Below, one piece after another: positions 17,734 through 27,330 of a stretch of DNA of 35,443 bases; position 1 is the stretch's first letter, and each line of letters begins with the position of its first letter. The stretch lies in assembly GCA_031408275.1 (NCBI GenBank), contig JANNWA010000347.1, positions 1-35,443 on the forward strand. The letters are read 5' to 3'. A program made the translations under genes and the position numbers. Origin of the DNA: Pseudomonadota bacterium (GTDB lineage Bacteria > Pseudomonadota > Gammaproteobacteria > Burkholderiales > SG8-39). Below the pieces are notes generated by a model. It saw only the letters and a program-made list of their open reading frames with translations, had not been told where the DNA came from and made no database searches.

Positions 17734-18598
17734 AGAGCTTGAGCACAGCGGCCGTGTCCAGCTCGGTATGGCCCAGATGGGCGAGCATTCGATACAGCGA
17801 AAGCGCCTCACCCATCATCGGCGTAGGCGCTTTCAGCGCACCGGCAAACTCGTTGACCATTTCCAGATCCTTGAGCAGCTGTCGAACATAGCCCTGGGGC
17901 GCGAAGTCGCGCACTACCATGCGCGGATACAGCTTTTGCAGAAGCGCACTGTCCGCGAGTCCGCCCGACAGGCACTCGGGCAGGCGGGCGGGATCGATCC
18001 CCGCGGCTTCCGCAAGCACGACGGCTTCGGCCATCACCGCGTGGCCGCAGCCGACGATCAGTTGGTTGAGCATTTTGGCGGCGAGGCCCGCGCCAGCAGG
18101 CCCCATATGGGTAATTCTTCCGCCGACATCGGCCAACAGCGGTTTCGCCTGCGCGAAGTCGGCGACCTCACCGCCCGCCATCAGCGTGAGCGTTCCGGTG
18201 CCTGAGGCGGGCGGGCCGCCGGAGACCGGGGCATCAATCCAGCCAGCCCCCGTCGTCTCGCGCAGGCGGTGCGCGAACGCCCTGCACGCGTCGACCTTGA
18301 TGGTGGAAAAATCAATGACCAGCTGTGGTGGCCGCAGCGCCGTTGCGACGCCGTTCGCGCTGAATACCGCCGCCTCCACTGCATCGGTGGTGGGCAGGTT
18401 GAGTAGCACGAGGTCCGAACCTCGCGCGGCGTCGGCGGGTGATGGTGCGGCCACTGCACCAGCTGCGCACGCTTGCGTGACTCGTTCGGGAACGATGTCG
18501 TACACGCGTACCGAGTAGCCCAACGACACCAGCCGCCGCGTCATTGGCAGGCCCATGAGCCCGACGCCGATATATCCAATGTTCTCCCTGTTGCTCAT
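17723..18598 (-). CDS. Beta-hydroxyacid dehydrogenase (3-hydroxyisobutyrate/tartronate semialdehyde reductase family)
   Basis: GYIGVGLMG.PM, DAPVSGG, KMLNQ, KDL motifs. Confidence 0.9.
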   Translation of the reverse strand: MSNRENIGYIGVGLMGLPMTRRLVSLGYSVRVYDIVPERVTQACAAGAVAAPSPADAARGSDLVLLNLPTTDAVEAAVFSANGVATALRPPQLVIDFSTIKVDACRAFAHRLRETTGAGWIDAPVSGGPPASGTGTLTLMAGGEVADFAQAKPLLADVGGRITHMGPAGAGLAAKMLNQLIVGCGHAVMAEAVVLAEAAGIDPARLPECLSGGLADSALLQKLYPRMVVRDFAPQGYVRQLLKDLEMVNEFAGALKAPTPMMGEALSLYRMLAHLGHTELDTAAVLKLYDR

Positions 18599-19470
18599 AC
18601 TCGCTCCATGTCATAGATCCGGATTGCATTGTCGTGGAAAAAGGCGCGCTGCTCGTTTGGCGTGAATTCGCCCATGATCGAGCGCATTCCGGTGACGATC
18701 GTGTCGAACGTTGCGCACAACCCGTCCACCGGGAAATTGCTCGCGAACATCACCCGGTTGATGCCGAAAACATCAATCGACGCGAGCACGATCTCGCGGT
18801 TGGATTGCGCCGTCCAGGCGTGCCCGGGGACCCCAAGTCCCGAAATTTTCAGCACGGAATTCGGACAGGCGGCAAGCGCCTGCAGCGCCTTCCTCCATGC
18901 GGCGAGTCCCTCGCGGCTGCGTTCGGCCGGCAGTCCGGCGTGATTGAGAATGACGCAGGTGTCGGGAAAATCGTGCGCAAGGCGCGCCGCCTCGGGCAAG
19001 TGTGTCCACGCCGTCTGCAGGTCAAATCGCAGTTTTCTTCCGGCAAGCAGCGCGAAGCCCGCACGCCAGCGCGCGTCCGCCATCTGGCCGGCGAGAGGCT
19101 TGTGTCGTATGCCACGCACGAAATCGAACTGCGCCAGCGCCTCCAGCGTTGCGACCAGGTCTTCGCGGTCCAGCCAGGCCTGCGCGACTGCCACGGTCGG
19201 CAGCCTGCACTCGCCCCGCAGGCGCTCGACGTAACGCATCTCGCCCACCGGGTCCTGCGGATCCCATTCGGTCTCCACGTACACGGTTTTCACCACTTTG
19301 TGCATTCCGGCATCGGTCAAATAGTCGGCCGGCAGATAGGGCCGCCGCAGCGCCGAGTAATCTCCATAGCGGAACGGGATCGGCGGCTGGTCGCACAGCC
19401 AGGGATGGTAGTTCACGCAGGGATCCCAGAAATGCTGGTGCGCGTCGACGATCGGGAAAAAGTTGCCCAT
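18595..19470 (-). CDS. Amidohydrolase-2 family protein (second paralog)
   Basis: DAHQHFW, TVYVETE, RGIRHKP, ILNHAGLP, KISG, MFASNFPVD; start moved to ATG 19470. Confidence 0.87.
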   Translation of the reverse strand: MGNFFPIVDAHQHFWDPCVNYHPWLCDQPPIPFRYGDYSALRRPYLPADYLTDAGMHKVVKTVYVETEWDPQDPVGEMRYVERLRGECRLPTVAVAQAWLDREDLVATLEALAQFDFVRGIRHKPLAGQMADARWRAGFALLAGRKLRFDLQTAWTHLPEAARLAHDFPDTCVILNHAGLPAERSREGLAAWRKALQALAACPNSVLKISGLGVPGHAWTAQSNREIVLASIDVFGINRVMFASNFPVDGLCATFDTIVTGMRSIMGEFTPNEQRAFFHDNAIRIYDMERV

Positions 19471-19533
19471 GGGCCGACATCGTAGCGCGGCTGGCGCGCT
19501 AGTATGCAGGCGGATTCCAAAGGAGGTGGCGAG

Positions 19534-20325
19534 ATGGACGAACCAGACGGCGTGGGCCCCGGCGTGATCAGGCAGCGTGTGTTGGCCGGTGACACGGTGA
19601 GCGGTGCGATGATCTTCGAGTTTTTCGCGCCCGGCATGCCTCAGGTGTTGAAAGCGGCGGGCTGCGAGTTCGCGCTGTTCGACATGGAGCACACAGGGCT
19701 GGGATTCGAAACGCTGAAGATGCTGGTCGCCGGTTGCCGCGGCATCGGTCTCGCGCCGCTCGCGCGGGTGCCGCGCAGCGAGTACCACTTCATGGCGCGC
19801 GCGCTGGACGTCGGCGTGCATGGCGTCATGGTGCCGATGGTCGAGAGCGCAGAAGAGGCCGCGAGGATCGTGGAGGCCACGCACTATCCTCCGCAGGGCC
19901 GGCGGGGCGCCGCCTTCGGCATCGCACAAGATGACTATACCGGCGGTGACGTGAAGGCCAAGCTGACCGCACTGAACGCGCGCACGCTGGTAATCGCACA
20001 GATAGAGTCCGAACGGGGGCTGGCCAGCGTTGACAGGATCGCCGCAACGCCGGGTATCGATGTCCTGTGGCTGGGGCACTTCGACCTGACGAATTTTCTC
20101 GGCATCCCCGGGGAATTCGAGTCACCGGTATATCTGCATGCGGTGCAGGCCGTCGTCGCAGCCGCGCGCCGGCACGGCAAGGGCCTGGGATTCATGGCGG
20201 CCGATGCCGGTTGGGCGAGCCGCTACCGCGACTTCGGATTCAACATGATCGCCGTCGGGCTCGACCAAACGCTGCTGCAAACGGCGATTCGCACGGCGCT
20301 CGCACCGCTGCGGGAGGCGCGCTGA
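19534..20325 (+). CDS. HpcH/HpaI class II pyruvate aldolase family
   Basis: FDMEH, ARVP, LDVGVHGVMVPMV, YPPQGRRG, AQIES, GHFDL; AGGAGG RBS at 19521-19526. Confidence 0.9.
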   Translation: MDEPDGVGPGVIRQRVLAGDTVSGAMIFEFFAPGMPQVLKAAGCEFALFDMEHTGLGFETLKMLVAGCRGIGLAPLARVPRSEYHFMARALDVGVHGVMVPMVESAEEAARIVEATHYPPQGRRGAAFGIAQDDYTGGDVKAKLTALNARTLVIAQIESERGLASVDRIAATPGIDVLWLGHFDLTNFLGIPGEFESPVYLHAVQAVVAAARRHGKGLGFMAADAGWASRYRDFGFNMIAVGLDQTLLQTAIRTALAPLREAR

Positions 20326-21326
20326 TGGTTCCCTTCAAGCTCGGAATCATGCGGGATGTGCTGAACGCCGCCGGCAACCCGACGTTCGGCACGGCGGCGC
20401 TGGAAGTGCTCAAAGGCAATCCGGCCCTGGACTGGGAGTACATCCCGGAAGCGGCGGGCGAGGTCACGCCTGATATTGCAGCACGCTACGACGGGCTGTA
20501 CGTGAATTCGGCGCGCGTCACGGCGGGTGGTTTCGTCCGCGCGGACTGCCGCACGCGCATCGTCGCGCGCCACGGCGTAGGCTACGATTCAGTCGACGTC
20601 GCTGCGCTGAGCGCAAAGGGAATCCTGCTGACCAATACCCCGCTCGCTGTCCGGCGCCCGGTGGCGGTCGCCACGCTGACGCTCCTGTTCGCACTTGCCG
20701 GGCGCCTCATCGCCAAAGATCGAATCACCCGCGCAGGGGCCTGGGCGCAGCGCAACGAGCTGATGGGTTCGGGCCTTGTGGGGCGCACGCTCGGCATCAT
20801 CGGCGCGGGCGGCATCGGGCAGGAGTTGCTCAGGGTGTCGGCGCCGTTCGGCTTGCGCCGCGTGGTCGCCGACCCGTACGCAAGCGATGCGACGATGCGG
20901 GCGCTCGATGCGACCTGCCTGCCGCTCGATCGCCTGATGCGCGAGGCGGATTTCGTCGTGGTCACCTGCCTGCTGAACGAGGCGACCCGCCATCTGGTGG
21001 GCGTGCCCCAGTTGGCCCTGATGAAGCGGGGCGCCTATCTCATCAACGTTGCGCGCGGGCCGATCGTTGATGAGGTGGCGCTCATCGACGCGCTGCGTTC
21101 AGGCAGGATCGCCGGGGCGGGACTGGACGTGTTCGAGCAGGAGCCGGTGGATCCCGCCAACCCGCTGCTCGGCATGGACAACGTAATCGTCACGCCGCAT
21201 GCGCTCTGCTGGACGGACGAATGCTTCCATGCCATCGCCACCGAGGGGCTGCAGAGCGTGGTTGATTTCTCCCTCGGCCGACGACCGGCGCACGTCGTCA
21301 ATCCGCAGGCGGGGGCGCCGGCCTGA
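20325..21326 (+). CDS. D-isomer-specific 2-hydroxyacid dehydrogenase
   Basis: RHGVGYD, GIIGAGGIG, INVARG, LDVFEQEP, TPH; start 20325 overlaps the aldolase stop (TGATG). Confidence 0.9.
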   Translation: MVPFKLGIMRDVLNAAGNPTFGTAALEVLKGNPALDWEYIPEAAGEVTPDIAARYDGLYVNSARVTAGGFVRADCRTRIVARHGVGYDSVDVAALSAKGILLTNTPLAVRRPVAVATLTLLFALAGRLIAKDRITRAGAWAQRNELMGSGLVGRTLGIIGAGGIGQELLRVSAPFGLRRVVADPYASDATMRALDATCLPLDRLMREADFVVVTCLLNEATRHLVGVPQLALMKRGAYLINVARGPIVDEVALIDALRSGRIAGAGLDVFEQEPVDPANPLLGMDNVIVTPHALCWTDECFHAIATEGLQSVVDFSLGRRPAHVVNPQAGAPA

Positions 21327-21408
21327 AGTTGCCGTGGCGTGTTTGGTCGATCCGGCGCCGCACAGGCTGGGCGCAGCGCCCGCACCCTTGAATGCTGCAC
21401 TGCAAGAG

Positions 21409-21459
21409 CATTGACGAATCCGGAAACTCATTGACATTGCGCGAACGTGTAGGCAGATT
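21409..21459 (+). promoter_or_regulatory. Possible promoter of the ABC operon
   Basis: Perfect TTGACA at 21431-21436 with a weak -10 (CAGATT) 17 bp on; CATTGAC repeated at 21409 and 21429. Confidence 0.4.
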
Positions 21460-21511
21460 GCGTCCGTTCGTCTGCATCGTCCGAAACGCTTATCCAGGGG
21501 GGGGAGAAACA

Positions 21512-22819
21512 ATGAAGCGCAGGAAGTTTCTAAAAACCATAGGTGCCGGAGTGGCAGCGACCGGCCTCACGGGGATTCTCAGCGCGCAGCGCGCACCGGT
21601 GTTCGCCCAGGCCAATACAATCCATATCCTGCGCTGGAACGATTTCGTGCCGGCCGCCGACAAGGTGCTGCGCGAAGTGTACGTGCCGGAAGTGCAGAAA
21701 GCGCTCGGCATCAAGCTGAACGTCGAGACGGTCAATGCCAACGACATTCCGGCGCGTGCTACCGCGGGGATACAGTCGGGTAGCGGGCCCGACATCATCA
21801 TGCTGCTCAATAACAATCCGCAGCTCTATGCTGCGGGGTCGGTGGATGTAAGCGACATCGCCGATGAAGTCGGCAAGGCGCAGGGCGGCATCTACGGCCT
21901 GCCACAGGCGATGTGCACGGTCGGCGGCAAGTGGGTGGCGATGCCTTGGGCGACAGTGCCGGGGATGATCTCATACCGCAAGTCCTGGTTTGACGAAATC
22001 GGCGTCAAGGAATTTCCGAAGACCTGGGCTGCGTACCACGAGGCCGGCAAGAAGCTGAAAGCGATGAAACGTCCGATCGGGCAGACGCTTGGCCATACTT
22101 TCGGCGACGCGCCGACCTTCGCCTATCCGCTGATGTGGTCCTTCGGCGGGCAGGAAGTCGATGCCAAGGGCAAGGTGGTGATCAATTCCAAGGAAACCGT
22201 CGACTCGGTGCGTTTCATGGCCCAGTTCTGGAAGGACGCGCACGACGAGGGTGGTCTCGCCTGGGACGACAGCAACAATAATCGCGCGTTCCTGTCCGGC
22301 GATATATGCGCGACGCTGAACGGCGCTTCGATTTACGTCGCAGCGCTCAACGGTGCCGACAAGTTCAAGACCGAGAAGGGCGCGCCGCTGCATACCGACA
22401 TCCTCCACGCGCCGCTGCCCGCCGGGCCCAAGGGGCAGTTCCCCTACCACACGGCGTTCACCCACATGGTGATGAAGTACTCGAAGAACGAGAAAGGCGC
22501 CAAGGAGTTCCTGCGCTGGGCGCACACCCCGGCCAACTACGAGAAGTGGATCGTAGTGCAGAAGGGGTTTGCGATTGCACCGACATCCCAGTGGGAGAAG
22601 CACAAGATGTGGGACGTCGATCCGGTGATGTTGCCGTTCAAGACGGCGTCGCAGAAGGGCCGCCACATGGGCTTCGCCAGCACGCCGGACAAGAAGGCCG
22701 CCGAGGCATGGAACAAGTACATCATTGTCGACATGTATGCGCAGGCGGCGAACGGCAAGATGAAGCCCGAGGAAGCGGTGAAGTGGGCCGCGGGCGAACT
22801 TGCCAAGATCTACACCTGA
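21512..22819 (+). CDS. Carbohydrate (CUT1) ABC transporter substrate-binding protein with Tat signal
   Basis: MKRRKFLK twin-arginine leader; GSGPDI, SYRKSWF, WDDSNNNRAFLSG; GGAG RBS. Confidence 0.9.
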   Translation: MKRRKFLKTIGAGVAATGLTGILSAQRAPVFAQANTIHILRWNDFVPAADKVLREVYVPEVQKALGIKLNVETVNANDIPARATAGIQSGSGPDIIMLLNNNPQLYAAGSVDVSDIADEVGKAQGGIYGLPQAMCTVGGKWVAMPWATVPGMISYRKSWFDEIGVKEFPKTWAAYHEAGKKLKAMKRPIGQTLGHTFGDAPTFAYPLMWSFGGQEVDAKGKVVINSKETVDSVRFMAQFWKDAHDEGGLAWDDSNNNRAFLSGDICATLNGASIYVAALNGADKFKTEKGAPLHTDILHAPLPAGPKGQFPYHTAFTHMVMKYSKNEKGAKEFLRWAHTPANYEKWIVVQKGFAIAPTSQWEKHKMWDVDPVMLPFKTASQKGRHMGFASTPDKKAAEAWNKYIIVDMYAQAANGKMKPEEAVKWAAGELAKIYT

Positions 22820-22829
22820 TCGGCGAGTT

Positions 22830-23789
22830 TTGAGCAATCCGGTGGTGAGGGGCTCGGGGGGGGCCGCGAGTGCGGCGCTCCCCGGCGAGCGCGGTCGTGT
22901 GTCGCGGGTCAAGCGGCTGCTTGAAAGCGAGAACCTGCTCGCTTCGGTTTTGCTCGCACCAAGCGTGGTCATTCTCGCGATCTTCATCGCCTACCCCTTC
23001 GTGATGGCGATCTGGTTCTCGCTGACCAGTATCCGGGTAGGCGATCCGGGTCAGTTCGTCGGGCTTGCCAACTTCACCAAGGCCTGGAACGACACCATCT
23101 TCCAGGTCGCGTTCAAGAACACGGTGTTCTATACGTTTTGGGCGACCATCTTCAAACTCGCGCTTGGCATGTGGCTGGCGCTGCTGCTCAACCGGCATTT
23201 TCGTTTCAAGCGGCTGATCCGTGCTTCGATGCTGCTGCCCTTCATCATCCCTACGGTGCTCTCGGCGTTTGCCTGGCGCTGGATGTTCGATCCGACGTTC
23301 AGCGTGATGAACTGGGTACTTTTTCATAGCGGCCTGATTACCGACCGGCTGCCGTTCCTGTCCGACGGCGACTGGGCGATGTGGTGCGCCGTGCTGGTCA
23401 ATACCTGGCGCGGAATGCCGTTCTTCGCCATCACCCTGCTCGCTGGCCTGCAGACGATCAGCCCGGATCTGCACGAGGCTGCGGCCCTCGACGGCGCCAA
23501 TGCCTGGCACCGCTTCTGGCACGTCACCTGGCCGTTGCTCATTCCGGTGACGCTGGTGGTGGTAGTGTTCTCCGTGATCCAGACCTTCTCGGATTTCCAG
23601 CTGATTTACGTGCTCACAGGCGGCGGCCCTGCCAATTCGACGCACCTGATCGCCACCTACGCCTATCAGGTAGGAGTCGCCTCGGGGCTGCTCGGCGAAG
23701 GCGCTGCGCTGTCGCTATTCATGTTTCCGGTGCTGTTCGGGGTGGTCTGGGTCCAGCTGCGATTCATGAAACGTTTGGAAGGGGCCTAG
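22830..23789 (+). CDS. Carbohydrate ABC transporter permease (MalF/UgpA-like); start uncertain
   Basis: FVGLANF, LAGLQTISPDLHEAAALDGA (EAA loop), LTGGGP. Confidence 0.9.
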   Translation: MSNPVVRGSGGAASAALPGERGRVSRVKRLLESENLLASVLLAPSVVILAIFIAYPFVMAIWFSLTSIRVGDPGQFVGLANFTKAWNDTIFQVAFKNTVFYTFWATIFKLALGMWLALLLNRHFRFKRLIRASMLLPFIIPTVLSAFAWRWMFDPTFSVMNWVLFHSGLITDRLPFLSDGDWAMWCAVLVNTWRGMPFFAITLLAGLQTISPDLHEAAALDGANAWHRFWHVTWPLLIPVTLVVVVFSVIQTFSDFQLIYVLTGGGPANSTHLIATYAYQVGVASGLLGEGAALSLFMFPVLFGVVWVQLRFMKRLEGA

Positions 23790-23793
23790 CGAG

Positions 23794-24645
23794 ATGCTGA
23801 TCGAGCGCAAATGGAAGAAATGGTTTTTCTTCTACATTCCGATGCTGGCGTTTATCTTTTTCACGCTGTTCCCGTTCTACTGGATGGCCGTGACCGCGCT
23901 GCGTCCGGACCATGAGCTCTACCGCACCTGGCGACAGGCGAGCGCGACCCCGTTCTGGACGCTGCACCCGACCCTGGAGCATTTCATCGAACTGCTCAAG
24001 ACGACCGCGTTCCCGAAATGGCTGTGGAACACGATGCTGATCGCCCTCGTATCGACGCTGATCTCGCTCGTATGCGGAATGTTCGCCGGCTATGCGCTGG
24101 CGCGCCTGAAGTTCCGCGGCTCGGAATTCCTCGGGACTGCGATCTTCGTCACCTATCTCGTGCCGCAGACGCTGTTGTTCATACCGCTTGCCGACATCAT
24201 CCGCGACCTGCACCTGGGCAACACGCCGTGGGCGCTGATGCTCACCTATCCGACGTTCCTGATCCCGTTCTGCACCTGGCTCCTGATGGGCTACTTCAAG
24301 ACCATCCCGAAGGAGCTCGAGGAGTGCGCTCGCATCGATGGCGCGACGCGATTCGGCGCGATGGTGCGAATCATCTTTCCTGTGGCGATCCCGGGAATCC
24401 TTTCGGCCGGGATCTTCGCCTTCACGCTGTCGTGGAACGAGTTCATCTACGCGCTGATCTTCATGTCCTCGGCTGAGCTGAAGACAGTCCCCGTGGGCGT
24501 GGTGTCGGAGCTCATCCGCGGCGACATCTTCTTCTGGGGCCAGCTGATGGCGGGTGCGCTGCTCGGTTCGATTCCGGTCGCGCTGGTCTATTCATTCTTC
24601 GTCGAATACTACGTCACGGGCCTTACCGGCTCGGTGAAGGGATAA
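23794..24645 (+). CDS. Carbohydrate ABC transporter permease (MalG/UgpE-like)
   Basis: [43 protein letters not shown]. Confidence 0.92.
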   Translation: MLIERKWKKWFFFYIPMLAFIFFTLFPFYWMAVTALRPDHELYRTWRQASATPFWTLHPTLEHFIELLKTTAFPKWLWNTMLIALVSTLISLVCGMFAGYALARLKFRGSEFLGTAIFVTYLVPQTLLFIPLADIIRDLHLGNTPWALMLTYPTFLIPFCTWLLMGYFKTIPKELEECARIDGATRFGAMVRIIFPVAIPGILSAGIFAFTLSWNEFIYALIFMSSAELKTVPVGVVSELIRGDIFFWGQLMAGALLGSIPVALVYSFFVEYYVTGLTGSVKG

Positions 24646-24659
24646 GGCACTGCACCGCC

Positions 24660-25754
24660 ATGGCGAACGTCACCATCCGCAATCTGAACAAGAACTACGA
24701 GAACGGTTTTCACGCCGTCAAGGACGTCAACCTCGAGATCCGCGACGGCGAGTTCATGGTTCTGGTCGGGCCCTCCGGCTGCGGCAAGACGACGACGCTG
24801 CGCATGGTGGCGGGGCTCGAGGAAATCACCTCGGGCGACATCCTGATCGGTGACCAGGTGGTGAACGAACTGCCGCCGATGGACCGCAACATCGCGATGG
24901 TGTTCCAGAACTACGCGCTGTATCCGCACAAGAGCGTGTTCCAGAACATGGCTTTCGGCCTGCAGATGCGCAAGTACCCGCAAGAGGAAATCCTGAAACG
25001 CGTGCAGGATGCGGCCGGGATCCTTGGGATCGAGTCGCTGCTCGAGAGGAAACCGCGCCAGCTCTCCGGCGGGCAGCGCCAGCGGGTTGCCGTCGGGCGC
25101 GCGATCGTCCGCCACCCGGAGGTGTTCCTGTTCGACGAGCCGCTCTCCAACTTGGATGCGCAACTGCGCGTGCAGATGCGCGTGGAACTGAAGGGCCTCC
25201 ACCAGCGCCTGAAAACGACAGCGATCTATGTAACCCATGACCAGGTCGAGGCGATGACCCTCGGTGACCGCGTCGTGGTGATGAAGGACGGCTGGGTGCA
25301 ACAGGTGGGCGAGCCTCTGGAGCTCTATGGCAAGCCGGCGAACCGGTTCGTCGCAGGGTTCATCGGCTCGCCCGCGATGAATTTCGTCGATGTGACGATC
25401 AGCGACTCGGAGGGCGTCTTGTGGGCGGACGCGGAGGGCGTTCGTCTGAAGGTCCCGCCCCAGCTGGTGGAGCGCCTGCGCGCGCAGATCGGGAAGCGGA
25501 TGACCCTCGGCGTGCGTCCCGAGGCGCTGCATCCGGCAACCGGTGCCGATCCGGCAGAGTACTGCTTTGACACCACGGTAGGGGTGGTCGAACCGCTCGG
25601 CAACGAAATCCTCGTCAACATCCGCGTCGGTCAGGTGCGGATGGTGGTGCGTGTCGATCCGGCGGTGCGCGTCAAGCCGCAGGAGACTCTGCGGCTCGCG
25701 CTCGATCCGGTGCGCGTGCACTTCTTCGACGGCACGAACGGAGCTGCGATCTAG
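24660..25754 (+). CDS. Carbohydrate ABC transporter ATPase (MalK/UgpC-like)
   Basis: Walker [17 protein letters not shown] signature, [15 protein letters not shown]-terminal TOBE-type domain. Confidence 0.95.
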   Translation: MANVTIRNLNKNYENGFHAVKDVNLEIRDGEFMVLVGPSGCGKTTTLRMVAGLEEITSGDILIGDQVVNELPPMDRNIAMVFQNYALYPHKSVFQNMAFGLQMRKYPQEEILKRVQDAAGILGIESLLERKPRQLSGGQRQRVAVGRAIVRHPEVFLFDEPLSNLDAQLRVQMRVELKGLHQRLKTTAIYVTHDQVEAMTLGDRVVVMKDGWVQQVGEPLELYGKPANRFVAGFIGSPAMNFVDVTISDSEGVLWADAEGVRLKVPPQLVERLRAQIGKRMTLGVRPEALHPATGADPAEYCFDTTVGVVEPLGNEILVNIRVGQVRMVVRVDPAVRVKPQETLRLALDPVRVHFFDGTNGAAI

Positions 25755-25765
25755 CCAGGCTCCGC

Positions 25766-26176
25766 TCAGTAACTCATGCTGGCCGCATTGAGGATTCCGG
25801 CGCTGACGGACACGGCTCCGAGGAATACGCCGGATGCAACCTTGCCGGCCGGGATGTCGCGGCCGATGCCGGGCAGGACCACGCGGGTGGCCAGATACAC
25901 CAGCAGCTGCACGACCAGCGCGATCGTCGCCCAGATCGCCAGGTCGTACGGGTTCACGCTGTGCTCGACGGCCGAGGCCAGCGGCAGGACGAAGCCGATC
26001 AGCGTCCCCGAGAGGCTGGCGGCGGCCGCGCTGTTGCCTTCCCGGATCAGGGCGATCTCGCGATACGGCGTGATGTGCAGGTAGATGGCCAGGAACAGCA
26101 CCACGAAGCCGATGCACAGGCCGAAATAGACGAGGAACTCGTCCAGGCCCTGCAGGGAGATTTTCAGGAATTCCAT
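25766..26176 (-). CDS. DUF350 (YjfL-like) membrane protein
   Basis: YLHITPYRE..LI.EGN.AAA, GILNAASMSY; four hydrophobic segments. Confidence 0.88.
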   Translation of the reverse strand: MEFLKISLQGLDEFLVYFGLCIGFVVLFLAIYLHITPYREIALIREGNSAAAASLSGTLIGFVLPLASAVEHSVNPYDLAIWATIALVVQLLVYLATRVVLPGIGRDIPAGKVASGVFLGAVSVSAGILNAASMSY

Positions 26177-26189
26177 CTGCGCGTCCTCC

Positions 26190-27329
26190 TCATTCGAAAT
26201 AGTGCGGCACGAACCGGCTGGTGTTCTTCGTGATCGGCGAATCGTCCTCGCGGATTCCCATCCCGGCGGCCGCCTCGCCCACGATCCACGAGCCGATCAC
26301 CGCGTAGCGCCTCCCGCCGGGCGTCTCGTAGCCCGGCAAGGGCGCATAACCCTGGTACACCCATCCTTCGGCACCGTACCCGCCCGGCTCGCGCACCAGG
26401 CCAAGGCGCCGGTTGAGGGTCACGTTCGCACCCTCGCGCGAGAGCAGCGGCTTCTTCACGTACTCGCCCGCGAACCGCGCGGCGGTAAAGTAGGCCGGCA
26501 GCAAGTTCGGGTGCCCGTAGTTCAGTTCCCACAGTACCGCGAGCAGCGCCTTGTTGGACAGCAGCATCTTCCAGGCGGGCTCGATCCAGTGTGCCGTCTG
26601 CAGGAGCAGGTGCGGCGCGAACGCCTCGCGCACCATCCACTCCCAGGGGTAGAGCTTGAAGATGCGCTCCACAACTGCGTCCTTGAGATCGACGAACCGC
26701 TGCCGGGAGGCGTCCCAGCCCAGGTCCTCGATCCCCAGGGCGCGCGCGTCCCACCCGGCCTGCAGCGCGGTGTCGCGCAGGTACTCGGTGTTGCCCAGAT
26801 CCTCTTCGTTGCCCATTACGCAGGCAAACCACAGCGGCCTTGCGGGCCCGGGGCCCTTGAGCGTTTTCCACCTGTCGATGAGCTTTTCGTGCAGCGAATT
26901 GAACTGGTCCGAGTCCGGGCGCACGTCCTCGAGCCAGTGCCATTGCACGACGCTCGCCTCGAGCAATGCGGTCGGCGTGTCCGCGTTGTACTCGAGCATC
27001 TTCGGGTCGCCTTCACCGGCCCAGCTGAAATCGAAGCGCCCGAAGACCGTGGGGTCGCGTCGCCGCCAGGACTCGGCGACGATGGCATGGAACGGCTCGG
27101 GGATCGCGAACTGCGCCATGCGCTGTTCCTTCACGACCACGTCCACCGCGGCGAGGCACAGGCGGTGCAGCTCTTCGGTCACCGCCTCCAGCCGGTCGAC
27201 CTGGTCGGCGCTGAACGCATAGCAGGCCGACTCGTCCCAGTAGGTGCCGTCCATCGAATGGAAGGAAAAGCCCGCATCTTCGCAGCGCGCCTTCCAGTTG
27301 GTCCGCGGCGTGGAGGCCTCGCGCCGCAT
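26190..27329 (-). CDS. Glutathionylspermidine synthase family ATP-grasp ligase (YgiC/YjfC-like)
   Basis: YWDESACY, GRFDF, KMLEYNADTPT.LLE, QFNSLHE, FKLYPWE, EPAWK..LSNK, KP..SREG.N, GIRED; no amidase domain; start moved to ATG 27329. Confidence 0.93.
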   Translation of the reverse strand: MRREASTPRTNWKARCEDAGFSFHSMDGTYWDESACYAFSADQVDRLEAVTEELHRLCLAAVDVVVKEQRMAQFAIPEPFHAIVAESWRRRDPTVFGRFDFSWAGEGDPKMLEYNADTPTALLEASVVQWHWLEDVRPDSDQFNSLHEKLIDRWKTLKGPGPARPLWFACVMGNEEDLGNTEYLRDTALQAGWDARALGIEDLGWDASRQRFVDLKDAVVERIFKLYPWEWMVREAFAPHLLLQTAHWIEPAWKMLLSNKALLAVLWELNYGHPNLLPAYFTAARFAGEYVKKPLLSREGANVTLNRRLGLVREPGGYGAEGWVYQGYAPLPGYETPGGRRYAVIGSWIVGEAAAGMGIREDDSPITKNTSRFVPHYFE

Positions 27330-27330
27330 C

